IMG/VR virus record: IMGVR_UViG_3300032163_000017
Location: 1 to 56,829 of that record
DNA: 56,829 nt
DNA from: a virus
Taxonomy: Duplodnaviria > Caudoviricetes
Reading direction: 5' to 3' (one strand)
Made by a program: the position numbers and the translations under genes. Positions 1 through 8,396 of the stretch are shown here, piece after piece (the first letter of the stretch is position 1; every line of letters begins with the position of its first letter). A model generated the notes under the pieces. That model had not been told where the DNA came from. It saw only the letters and a program-made list of their open reading frames with translations, and ran no database searches.

Positions 1-127
1 GGTGGGAGCTTTTGGAAGCCTTCCTTTCACACCTTCAAGTATTTCTTCTGATAAGATTTGTTGTCCTCTTGTCATTTTATTTTCTCCTTTCCTTTTTACT
101 CTTTCCCCATTTACTGAAGGAAAGTTT
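1..127. repeat. Terminal direct repeat, copy 1 (contig circularisation overlap)
   Basis: Bases 1-127 are identical to 56703-56829; 127 nt matches a common assembler k-mer length. Confidence 0.95.
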
Positions 128-166
128 TCGAGATGGTTTACTTTTTGTTATCTTGAAAAGCTTCAT
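77..166 (-). CDS. Small highly basic peptide (29 aa)
   Basis: MKLFKITKSKPSRKLSFSKWGKSKKERRK fills the gap between the terminase stop and the next late gene; below the ORF-track cutoff. Confidence 0.45.
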   Translation of the reverse strand: MKLFKITKSKPSRKLSFSKWGKSKKERRK

Positions 167-167
167 C

Positions 168-1925
168 TTAATAATTCAACCAGCTTCGATCATCTCCCCC
201 AACCATATCCCCTTCCTCTTTTAAGAAGGTGAGATCATGCTTGGCTGGATCGAGATACTCTTTCTCTGCTTTGGGAGTCTCTTTATCTTTAAACTGTCCC
301 AGCTTCTGGAGGAGTGACCCAACATTGTAAGCGTTCCCTAAACAGAACACCCCAATCATAAATGCCATCACCAAATCATCATGGCAATTATAATCAGCTT
401 CTCCACTGTTGTTGGTGTTACGGACAAAGGAGAGCATCTCATCAATCAGTTCTTCTGAGTTAATTTCAAGGATGCCAGCGGTAAGACAGGTGGAAAGATA
501 AGAGCAAGCGATGGGTTTGGTGCTCACATTAGTTTCCCATCCAAGTTTACTCGTCCGTGCATTTTTAAACCTATCAATATACTCCCATTGATAGATGTTC
601 CAATAGATATGTTTGAGTTCTGCAAGAGTGGTAAGCCCAGGATGCTTACATTCTGGCACCGCTAACCCATCATTATACATCCTCCCTACCGCTGCAATCG
701 TCCCAGCAAAGAGGGTTGGATCAATATACCCCTTCCATTCTGCAACCTGTTTGATGAGAGGAGAACCTTTTGGGCATCTTAATACCTCAATGGTGGATGG
801 GTCATTCCCAACCAGTCCCTCTCCAACATCAGCAGCGATGACATAATCATATCCATCTTTGGGAAATTCCCAGATGGAGAAGCTACCACTTTCATTCTCA
901 ACAAATCCAAATTCTCCGATATCTCCCACCTTCATCGGAGGTTTACATTGATTTCTTAATTTGAGAAGGAGACGTTTTGAGAGATAAGGGGTACCTTTTG
1001 AGATGAAAGCTTCTTCGTCATCAGAAGGGTATTCTTGATGGAACTTGTCAACATCATCATCAAAATCAAGAATCTTACTTCTTCTCCAATTAAGCTGTTC
1101 CCCTGTAGCATGGAATTTCTGCATAAGATAAAGCTCTTCCTCATCAAGAGTACCAAGGAGATCAACCCTTTCTTGTTTGCCTTGGAAGGGTTTGGTGTAT
1201 TCAGGGAAAGTAAGCCAACCAAAAAAGACAGGATAGAAATTGGAATATTTTCGAGGAGAATTTAAACTCTTCTTTGCTTTCTTCCATTGCTCATAAAAGA
1301 ATCCCTGCCTTCCATTTCCTGTTGACTCATACACCTTAACTGTCCCAGGGAGGTCTTGGATGGAGGGAACGGTTGAGGTTATGAGTATTTCAGCATTTTC
1401 GTAGTAGGCAACCTCAGAGAAATGACCAAAAGAATATCCTCCTGAACGTGAGGCTGTTCCTGTGTTAGCAGAGAAGACCTCCATGAAGGATCGTAAGCCT
1501 GGATTGGTGAATCGCTCCTTATCATTTGGATTCTCAAAAACAAATTCTGTCTTTGAGGAGTATCTTTTCATTGGACGAAATGCTTTTGGTAGCTCATCAT
1601 AGAAGAGTTTTGCCATTCCAAAAATCTTCCCAAGAGATGGTTTATCATGGGTGACAATAAAACCACCTGTATTTGGGATGGTGGTGGTTTGGTGAAACTG
1701 TCTTCCATCTACATATGTAGAGCAACCAATCCTTCTATCTTTAAGGATAATGACCCGAACCATCCCTGTTGTTTTAAGCTGCCACTCCCATACCTTATGG
1801 AGGCGTTCTTGCTCAACGTTAAAGATGAAAGGGATAATCTGGCGTTTCTCAGTTCTTATTTTGAGAAGGTTCTCTGAATAATAACGGAAATTACTAATTT
1901 TGGTTAGATCAATCTGCGTCAACAT
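168..1925 (-). CDS. terL: Terminase large subunit
   Basis: Walker A-like ILKDRRIGCST, Walker B-like HFSEVAY, motif III ESTGNG, RNase H-type nuclease motifs AADVGEG and HDDLVMA; upstream of portal on the circle. Confidence 0.93.
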   Translation of the reverse strand: MLTQIDLTKISNFRYYSENLLKIRTEKRQIIPFIFNVEQERLHKVWEWQLKTTGMVRVIILKDRRIGCSTYVDGRQFHQTTTIPNTGGFIVTHDKPSLGKIFGMAKLFYDELPKAFRPMKRYSSKTEFVFENPNDKERFTNPGLRSFMEVFSANTGTASRSGGYSFGHFSEVAYYENAEILITSTVPSIQDLPGTVKVYESTGNGRQGFFYEQWKKAKKSLNSPRKYSNFYPVFFGWLTFPEYTKPFQGKQERVDLLGTLDEEELYLMQKFHATGEQLNWRRSKILDFDDDVDKFHQEYPSDDEEAFISKGTPYLSKRLLLKLRNQCKPPMKVGDIGEFGFVENESGSFSIWEFPKDGYDYVIAADVGEGLVGNDPSTIEVLRCPKGSPLIKQVAEWKGYIDPTLFAGTIAAVGRMYNDGLAVPECKHPGLTTLAELKHIYWNIYQWEYIDRFKNARTSKLGWETNVSTKPIACSYLSTCLTAGILEINSEELIDEMLSFVRNTNNSGEADYNCHDDLVMAFMIGVFCLGNAYNVGSLLQKLGQFKDKETPKAEKEYLDPAKHDLTFLKEEGDMVGGDDRSWLNY

Positions 1926-2574
1926 TTGATTCGCTTTGTTCTACTTTTGGGAGTGCTTCTTCAATTGATTTTAAAGGTTCAAAATCTTCTTCTTTATCAA
2001 TCAGACCAAAAAGGAGATCAGCTTCACTTGAGGGAGTCTCATCATCTTCCTCTTGAGGAGAGCCTTCAGAGAGGATGTCCTCAATCTGATCAACCTTTTC
2101 TGGGAGGGAGGAGAGGGGAGTTCTGATTGTCTCCCTGATTGTCACCTCTCTTAACCTCTCCTCATAGCTTTTCCCTTCCTCAGTCTCTCCCCCATTTCCT
2201 CCATTCCCCCCATTTACTCCACCAATAAGCTTAACAGCTGACCCTACCACTGCATTAGCAGCTTTTAATTTAAGCTCTGTTGGGTATCCATTAGAGGTAT
2301 TGAGGATATCTCTATAAAGTTGTGTCCCCAGTTTTGCCCCTTCAAGGAGATTCTCTTGGATATCAAAGATAACTTCCTCCCTTCTTAAAAGCTTCTTTTT
2401 TAACTCTAACCTAAAAAGAGGGGAATTGATAATGATGGAAAAGCGAGAAGAAGTAATCCCAAACTCCTCCCTAATCTCCTTTGGAGCTTGGCCCAAGACC
2501 ATCCTATTCATAATCTCAATAAGACGTGGGGTGATTCGTTTTACCCTGTAAGGTTGTAAGGATGATGCATCCAT
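1909..2574 (-). CDS. Probable terminase small subunit
   Basis: Overlaps the terL start; N-terminal HTH-like segment (PKEIREEFGITSSRFSII), helical middle, acidic tail. Confidence 0.55.
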   Translation of the reverse strand: MDASSLQPYRVKRITPRLIEIMNRMVLGQAPKEIREEFGITSSRFSIIINSPLFRLELKKKLLRREEVIFDIQENLLEGAKLGTQLYRDILNTSNGYPTELKLKAANAVVGSAVKLIGGVNGGNGGNGGETEEGKSYEERLREVTIRETIRTPLSSLPEKVDQIEDILSEGSPQEEDDETPSSEADLLFGLIDKEEDFEPLKSIEEALPKVEQSESNVDAD

Positions 2575-2597
2575 TTAGAGCTCTCCCTTTACTAATA

Positions 2598-2626
2598 AGT
2601 ATAATAAAGTTTAAAAGGAAAGTCAA
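2598..2626 (-). promoter_or_regulatory. Sigma70-type promoter for the terS/terL operon
   Basis: Minus strand TTGACT-17 nt-TATACT just upstream of the 2574 start. Confidence 0.7.
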
Positions 2627-2901
2627 GAGAAATCTACCCCCCTAACTACCCGAAACCATTAAAGAAAAAATTTTTATGGCAGAGGTTAGCTATGATTAGC
2701 CCTTCTATCCTTCCTCCTATTCTGAGCATAACCAAAAAAAATTTTTGATGAGAGGGTAATTTCCCCCCCCACACCCTCTCCGCTTTCCACCTGGTACTAT
2801 ACACTATGTTTTGGGATGGGGTTTTTTGTTTGGATTATGAGACAGGAATATTTAATAAGAAATCATTGGAAGGAATGAATTGAATGGAAGGAATTGGAGA
2901 G

Positions 2902-2937
2902 AAAAAAAGGGAAGCAAGAATGTTAATTGCTTCCCTT
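2902..2937 (-). terminator. Rho-independent terminator
   Basis: 11-bp stem AAGGGAAGCAA/TTGCTTCCCTT followed by a T-run on the minus strand, just after the 2961 stop. Confidence 0.75.
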
Positions 2938-2960
2938 ATTTAATATATTAAACTGTTTGT

Positions 2961-3434
2961 TTACTTCCCAAACCCATGAGACTTCATTCCTTTTCTTATT
3001 TCTGCTTGCTTTTTAAGCAAGGCTTCGACTTCGTCAGCGGCTTTGTTCTGCCCAAGTTTACGGAGTGAGGTCACAAGTTTTTCACTTGCTTTTTGGGCTT
3101 GGACTTCAGGATCTCCTTGTCCCTTTCCTGCTTTGACGGCGTCAGTTTTAATTCGCTTTGCTGTCCATATTGCATCAAGACAGTCGCTCTCCCCATACAT
3201 TTCTTTAGCTTGTGTCATGTTTAAAGGAAGAGGCAAGTCATATACAATGGGCTCGACCATGTCCGCATTTTTAAAGACACGTCTTTCAATGTATTCCTTT
3301 TCATTGTCCTTAACAATGCCTCTTTTCAAAGTTAATGACATGAATTTTCCGTCAACCAGTTTTCCGTCATTAGGCAATTTTTTTGCCTCTTCCAAAGTCA
3401 TTTTACTGAACTCATTTACTTTCGCTTTTTCCAT
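2961..3434 (-). CDS. Hypothetical protein, Lys-rich, in its own transcription unit
   Basis: 157-aa ORF with RBS, upstream promoter and downstream terminator. Confidence 0.8.
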   Translation of the reverse strand: MEKAKVNEFSKMTLEEAKKLPNDGKLVDGKFMSLTLKRGIVKDNEKEYIERRVFKNADMVEPIVYDLPLPLNMTQAKEMYGESDCLDAIWTAKRIKTDAVKAGKGQGDPEVQAQKASEKLVTSLRKLGQNKAADEVEALLKKQAEIRKGMKSHGFGK

Positions 3435-3561
3435 TCTTTTAACTCCCTTCCATTTTAAAATATTGTTTTAGCATGATTGCCTTTTCCTTTTTTGTCATCC
3501 CTTAAAATTGCATACAATGTACAACATTGCTTTAAGGGATGCACTATTTAATTATGACTTA

Positions 3562-3590
3562 AATGTATCACATCCCTTTTCTTTTGTCAA
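3562..3590 (-). promoter_or_regulatory. Sigma70-type promoter
   Basis: Minus strand TTGACA-17 nt-TACATT with TG extended -10; 11-bp hairpin at 3496-3541 in the leader. Confidence 0.65.
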
Positions 3591-3773
3591 GTCTTTTTTT
3601 CATGATCCTAAGTTTTTCTTTTCACAAAGTTTATGTCATTATTACAATAATGAATTGCATAAAATATGCCACTCTTCCAAACTTTCTTCGATCCCACCTT
3701 CCATTTTAGCCTATCATCCAGACCTTAAAGGGAAAAGTGGTAGCGATTTTCTTTAATAATAACATAAGGTTAA

Positions 3774-4189
3774 ACTTTTCTTCTCTAAGTTACTGCCACC
3801 TTATCTGTTAGTATGCTTCCTAACTTATTGAAATGACTAAGGAATACCCTTATTTGTAATGGATTACTTATTTTTAGCCCGCTTTCCTCTTCTTCCCACC
3901 CACCCTTTCCATCTTATTATTGCTACCCTTTACTTTGAGATTATGATCCTTATTATATATATTATTTATAATATATAGTAGATGATAGATGATAGAGAGA
4001 GAGGAGGAGAGCGTGTCAAAAGGTGACGCAGGATGAGAAGAGGAGAGTGCGTCAAAAGAAGTGGGAAGGGAAAGAGAGAAGCGGGGGTAAATTAAGCAAT
4101 CTACTACATAAAAGGGTATTCTTTAATTATTTCATTATGTTAGGACATATAGTGATAGATAAGCCCACAGTAACTTAGAGAAGAAAAGT
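3774..4189. repeat. Long imperfect inverted repeat (arms 3774-3899 and 4061-4189) around an AT-rich core; candidate origin or packaging site
   Basis: Outer 22 bp perfect (ACTTTTCTTCTCTAAGTTACTG / CAGTAACTTAGAGAAGAAAAGT); near-ungapped alignment continues ~100 bp; core TATTATATATATTATTTATAATATATA; lies at the strand switch. Confidence 0.85.
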
Positions 4190-4222
4190 GTAAGTTATTG
4201 AAATTATTAATAAAAATAAGGC

Positions 4223-4251
4223 TTGACAAATAACAAATGAATTGTTATACT
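4223..4251 (+). promoter_or_regulatory. Strong sigma70-type early promoter
   Basis: TTGACA-17 nt-TATACT with TG extension and AT-rich UP region. Confidence 0.8.
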
Positions 4252-4283
4252 TATAATAACTTCAATAAAGAAAGGATGATAAG

Positions 4284-4691
4284 ATGAAAAAGAGAGAAGA
4301 GAATACTGTAGAAGAGAGATTTATAAAAGGAGATCTAATAAGGAGTTTAAGAGAGGAGGGGTTTAAGATAAGCAAACCTATCTGGCCAAAGTACCTCCTT
4401 ATCTCACCAGTTGGAAAGATTATATTTGCAGAGATTAAGATGGCTGGAGGGAGGGTTTCAAAGAGACAGCTTTCTACACTCACCTTATTAAAGCAGTTAG
4501 GAATGGGGACAGTTATAATTTATAAAAAAGGTTCTGTAAGAGGAGAAGGGATGAAGGAGAAAATGGTGAGAGAGCAACTGTTAAAGAAGGCAGTAACCTG
4601 GGGAGATAAGAATGAAGAGATGTTTGAAGAGTTAGCAGAACAGAAGAAGAAAAGATTGGAAGAAGGGATCGAAGAGGGAGATCTTCTTTAA
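4284..4691 (+). CDS. VRR-NUC-like PD-(D/E)XK domain protein
   Basis: IIFAEIKMAGGRVSKRQ matches the VRR-NUC E-x-K...G-x-x-S-x-x-Q pattern; the PD aspartate is replaced (WPKYL). Confidence 0.65.
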   Translation: MKKREENTVEERFIKGDLIRSLREEGFKISKPIWPKYLLISPVGKIIFAEIKMAGGRVSKRQLSTLTLLKQLGMGTVIIYKKGSVRGEGMKEKMVREQLLKKAVTWGDKNEEMFEELAEQKKKRLEEGIEEGDLL

Positions 4692-4835
4692 AGCTATCCC
4701 TTTTCCACCTTGTCACCACCCTGTCACCATCCACAAAGGATTGGCAAGTTTTCGTTGCATTTTTAATACATTTCTAATTTTTTAAAAGTATTTTAATTCC
4801 CTTGTCATTTCAATGACTTACAACGAAAATAGTTC

Positions 4836-4865
4836 TTGACATTCATTTCCATTCCATTTTATAAT
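4836..4865 (+). promoter_or_regulatory. Sigma70-type early promoter
   Basis: TTGACA-18 nt-TATAAT upstream of the 4952 operon. Confidence 0.8.
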
Positions 4866-4951
4866 GGACGTAACAAGGTTGGGGAACCTATTAAGATCAC
4901 TAAACAGTTAAATAAACATCAATCAAACAGAAAGAAGGGAGGTGAATAAGC

Positions 4952-5263
4952 ATGATAGACTATTTAATCATCGGAGTTTCTCCTTGTGAGGAGGATTGTA
5001 GTCATGTTGGTAGTCAAGATTATCCAGAGAGATCCCGCAGAGAGTGTCAAGTTTTTCTCTATCAATTAAAGAGACAATTTAGAGACCCACCCACTGGTGC
5101 CAGACTCATTATCAAAACATTTCAACATGATTTTGGGAGTTATAGAGAGGTTTGTGTTGAGTTTGATGACACAATCAGGGAAGCATCTGAGTATGCTTTC
5201 AAACTGGAGGGTAAGACTCCCCAGAGATGGGATGAGACAGCAAAAAAGGAGTTAGGGTTATGA
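4952..5263 (+). CDS. Hypothetical phage protein
   Basis: Strong RBS GGAGGTGA; ECxxFxxQL and HDFGSYxEV motifs resemble a recurring phage hypothetical family. Confidence 0.8.
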   Translation: MIDYLIIGVSPCEEDCSHVGSQDYPERSRRECQVFLYQLKRQFRDPPTGARLIIKTFQHDFGSYREVCVEFDDTIREASEYAFKLEGKTPQRWDETAKKELGL

Positions 5264-5375
5264 TGGTAACAAAAGAGCTTTTTTGGGTGGCAATCATTAC
5301 TGTTGTCTGGTGCTGGTTGTTACATCAGGTAGCAATGGTGATTGCAGGATAGAGAAAGAAGGGAGGTGAGAGAGG

Positions 5376-5567
5376 ATGCAGAATATTAATATGGTTGTTG
5401 TTAAAGAGAAAGATGGAGAAGAGAATTTAATTATCACAATTAACCTATCAAAAGAGTTTGGGAGATCGAAATCTGGAAAGTCAACCATCATCGCTACCAC
5501 AGCAGGAAATGTTTCTATTCCAGATCACACAGACATCCATCTTGGATTAAACCTCTATCGGAAGTAG
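5376..5567 (+). CDS. Small hypothetical protein
   Basis: RBS GGAGGTGA; GRSKSGKSTIIATTAGN motif. Confidence 0.8.
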   Translation: MQNINMVVVKEKDGEENLIITINLSKEFGRSKSGKSTIIATTAGNVSIPDHTDIHLGLNLYRK

Positions 5568-5576
5568 GAAGAAAAG

Positions 5577-5897
5577 ATGATTATTGATCTCTCACCATCA
5601 ATGCAAGAGAGGGTGACAGAGTGGAAGAGGATGGGACATAATATCGATCCCATCCTTATCCATGAGTGTGGTTATTATCCAAGGGGAGGATGCCAATATT
5701 GTCTGTTTGATTCCCCCAATCCAAATTGTCGATGGGGTCACATCCTCATTGACACACGCATCAATCCTTCCATTCCATCCTCATCAAAGCATCAAAACAA
5801 AACAGGAAGAAAGGTGATTAAGGTAGAGGTACTTCTCTCTCGATTGCCCGAGGAGGTTAGGGAGGAGATTAGGAAGATCGTTAATGAAGGGAGATAA
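5577..5897 (+). CDS. Hypothetical Cys-rich protein
   Basis: Operonic ORF with C-x7-CxxC-x8-C pattern. Confidence 0.7.
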   Translation: MIIDLSPSMQERVTEWKRMGHNIDPILIHECGYYPRGGCQYCLFDSPNPNCRWGHILIDTRINPSIPSSSKHQNKTGRKVIKVEVLLSRLPEEVREEIRKIVNEGR

Positions 5898-6057
5898 AAA
5901 TGTCAAGAAAGAAAAGTTATGATGACGATACCAGCTTTGACTGGATTTGTGATTACTGTGGATTTGCAGGGATGGGGGAAGAACCAGAGATTTGTCCTGA
6001 ATGTAAATATAGAACAGATATGTATGATATGTATGAGTAAAAGGGAGGTGACCCAGC

Positions 6058-6273
6058 ATGAAGCAGATGCAAGTGATAAGCTATGAGTATCCCAATCAGA
6101 TAAGGCTTCAAATCTCAAACGTTACCTACACCTATCAAAGCTCTGAGTTCTTCTGCAGGAAGTTTCTCTCTTGTTATGCAGAAGGTGGTAGATTCAATGC
6201 TTTGAATTGGTTTAAGAGGATGGCAAAGGTGGTTAAGAAGGAGGTGGAAAAGAATGAGTCTTTCAACAGGTAA
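6058..6273 (+). CDS. Hypothetical protein
   Basis: RBS GGAGGTGA, operonic. Confidence 0.7.
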   Translation: MKQMQVISYEYPNQIRLQISNVTYTYQSSEFFCRKFLSCYAEGGRFNALNWFKRMAKVVKKEVEKNESFNR

Positions 6274-6508
6274 TAAGGTTACAATCCTTCTTGATTTGGA
6301 TGAGATACAGAGCCTCTTAAGGGTGATTCATATAGCACAGGATATGGATTACCATCTTTCCAGAAAACAGTACCAGTGTTTTCTTAAACTTGAGAAGAAG
6401 TTGGAGGTGAAGAGGGAAAGAGTTAAGCATGATATCACTTTTGAAAAAGATCAGAGAATGTTTAAAGTGGAAAGGGATGAGCAAGAAGGACAGGAGAGAA
6501 TAAGATGA
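6254..6508 (+). CDS. Hypothetical protein
   Basis: RBS AGGAGGT, overlaps neighbours. Confidence 0.7.
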   Translation: MSLSTGNKVTILLDLDEIQSLLRVIHIAQDMDYHLSRKQYQCFLKLEKKLEVKRERVKHDITFEKDQRMFKVERDEQEGQERIR

Positions 6509-6693
6509 GAAACACAAAGTTTGCTGCTGAGAATAACTTCTTCATCGAATGCTGTGAATCAGCAAAGACTCCTCCCACAAAGAGGCAAGCATCTAAGTTT
6601 AGGTTGGAGAAAGGGATAGCGTTTCAGATGAAGGGAGAGATGATTAGGCAGAATCTTCTCAAAAAAGGAGTGATTAAAGATGGAAGGTTATAA
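6505..6693 (+). CDS. Hypothetical protein
   Basis: ATGA coupling with the upstream gene. Confidence 0.7.
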   Translation: MRNTKFAAENNFFIECCESAKTPPTKRQASKFRLEKGIAFQMKGEMIRQNLLKKGVIKDGRL

Positions 6694-6859
6694 GAGAATT
6701 AAGATGACAAGTAGGTTTCCAAGAGGAGCTTATCTTGATGCTCTCCTTCTCTCAGAGAGACACCAAAAGAAGGAGATTTTTGTGGAGGTTGAAAAGGTTC
6801 CACTTTGGAGAGAGGTGGTTAGGGTCTCTGAAAAGGTAGTTAGGAGGAGAGGGAAATGA
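6680..6859 (+). CDS. Hypothetical protein (59 aa)
   Basis: RBS AAGGAG; MEGYKRIKM...; ATGA-coupled to the next gene; absent from the ORF track. Confidence 0.6.
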   Translation: MEGYKRIKMTSRFPRGAYLDALLLSERHQKKEIFVEVEKVPLWREVVRVSEKVVRRRGK

Positions 6860-7176
6860 AGGTTGAACTTGCTCTGTTTGATGTTGAGAAAGTGTGGAGA
6901 GGGTTGGTTAAGGTTGATGGAGAGTTATTCAAAGTCTACCTCTTTCCAGGGAGTGCAACAAAAGAGTGGGAAGCTGTTTTGATGAGTGGAGATTTTGTTG
7001 AATGTTCTCCAAAGAATAAGCTGACACAAGCGATTGAGAAAGGTTATGGGGAGTATATCAAAGCGGGTCAAAGTTTGACACAGTTGGAGGTGGATAAGTT
7101 GACAGAGTTAGTGGCAGGGAATCAGGAAGCGTTGGAGGAGATTAAGAAGGTGTTGGAGGGAGGTGGATTAGAATGA
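6856..7176 (+). CDS. Hypothetical protein
   Basis: Operonic, RBS. Confidence 0.75.
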   Translation: MKVELALFDVEKVWRGLVKVDGELFKVYLFPGSATKEWEAVLMSGDFVECSPKNKLTQAIEKGYGEYIKAGQSLTQLEVDKLTELVAGNQEALEEIKKVLEGGGLE

Positions 7177-7309
7177 AAGTTTTTGTTGTTGAAGTAATAG
7201 AAAAAGAAGGTATTGATATGATGGCTCTTATCACAAAAGCATTGGACGACTACAGCGTTGAGTGTATTATATTTGATTATGATGGTTACATAGAGGGAGG
7301 TGAGCAAAG

Positions 7310-7723
7310 ATGAACAAAGAACGTCTATTTTCAATTCTGCAAGCAAGACAAAAGAACAATGAAGAGTATTATCAAAGCAGACTTCAACGTATGGTCGTAT
7401 TAACAGCAGAACAAGCAGCTCTAATTGAAAGATTAGAGATACTGGAAGCAGAGCCTATACTCACTGATTCTACGATCATATTTGAGTTCAGCTCTAACCT
7501 TGAGGCCTCAACCTTTACTGGAAAACTGTTAGGGCTTCTTCCAGAGATAGAGAAGTTTCAGAAGGAGATGACTCACCTATGGTCTGATAAGCCTCGTTGG
7601 GTATGGAAAGGACAGGTTAGAGAAATCACGATTGAGGTTATCCCTGCAAGCAAACCAGAGGATTGCACATTAAGACAGACTGTGACTCCGTTAACAAGCT
7701 GGAGTTGTGAGAAGAACGAATGA
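7310..7723 (+). CDS. Hypothetical protein
   Basis: RBS GGAGGTGA. Confidence 0.75.
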   Translation: MNKERLFSILQARQKNNEEYYQSRLQRMVVLTAEQAALIERLEILEAEPILTDSTIIFEFSSNLEASTFTGKLLGLLPEIEKFQKEMTHLWSDKPRWVWKGQVREITIEVIPASKPEDCTLRQTVTPLTSWSCEKNE

Positions 7724-8100
7724 TAAACAGTGAACCATTAAAGAAAGGCAACCTCATCTTCCTCAAATCCACTCTGGTTGATCTCTTCTACATCGTTAAG
7801 GGGATGGAAGGGGAGGGAATTGTAATCGCAAGGAAGATTGACTCCCCTCCATCTCAGTGGGAGAAGCTCTCTCTTGATAAGGTGGTTAAGCTGGCAGAGG
7901 AACAGGAGAAGCTTCTTCCACCTGATGTTGCCACAGCGATTGAGGAACAGAGGAAGGTTGTCTTTGCACCACCAAAGAGCGGAGGGAAGAAAAAGAAGTC
8001 TCTTGATAGGATGATGAAAGGGTTACCAAAAGAGGGAATTGAAGAGATATTAGCGGTGTTAGCAGCAGCAGGGGTGGAAGAGGGAGGTGAGGGAGAATGA
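7720..8100 (+). CDS. Hypothetical protein
   Basis: ATGA coupling. Confidence 0.75.
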   Translation: MINSEPLKKGNLIFLKSTLVDLFYIVKGMEGEGIVIARKIDSPPSQWEKLSLDKVVKLAEEQEKLLPPDVATAIEEQRKVVFAPPKSGGKKKKSLDRMMKGLPKEGIEEILAVLAAAGVEEGGEGE

Positions 8101-8390
8101 CTGAGCAAGAAGAGAAAGAGTCTCTTTTGGGTAAAGTTTCAATATTAGCAGAACTGGCAAAAATCGGAGAGGCAATAACGCAGAATCAAATAAGAGAAAC
8201 TATGCATCTGGTAGCAGATTTATTTATTGGGTGCCTCTCTGTCTTTGCAGACTGTCTCCCACCTGAGAGACGGGATGAGTTTATTAAAGGTGCTATTGAT
8301 GCTGCTTACAAAGACCTCATGATTATACAGCAGAAAAAGAAAGGGAGAGAGGTGGTGTTTGGGGGAGATCAAAGTGAGGGGAGGAGGTGA
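8097..8390 (+). CDS. Hypothetical protein
   Basis: ATGA coupling, RBS GGAGGTGA. Confidence 0.75.
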   Translation: MTEQEEKESLLGKVSILAELAKIGEAITQNQIRETMHLVADLFIGCLSVFADCLPPERRDEFIKGAIDAAYKDLMIIQQKKKGREVVFGGDQSEGRR

Positions 8391-8396
8391 CAACTG

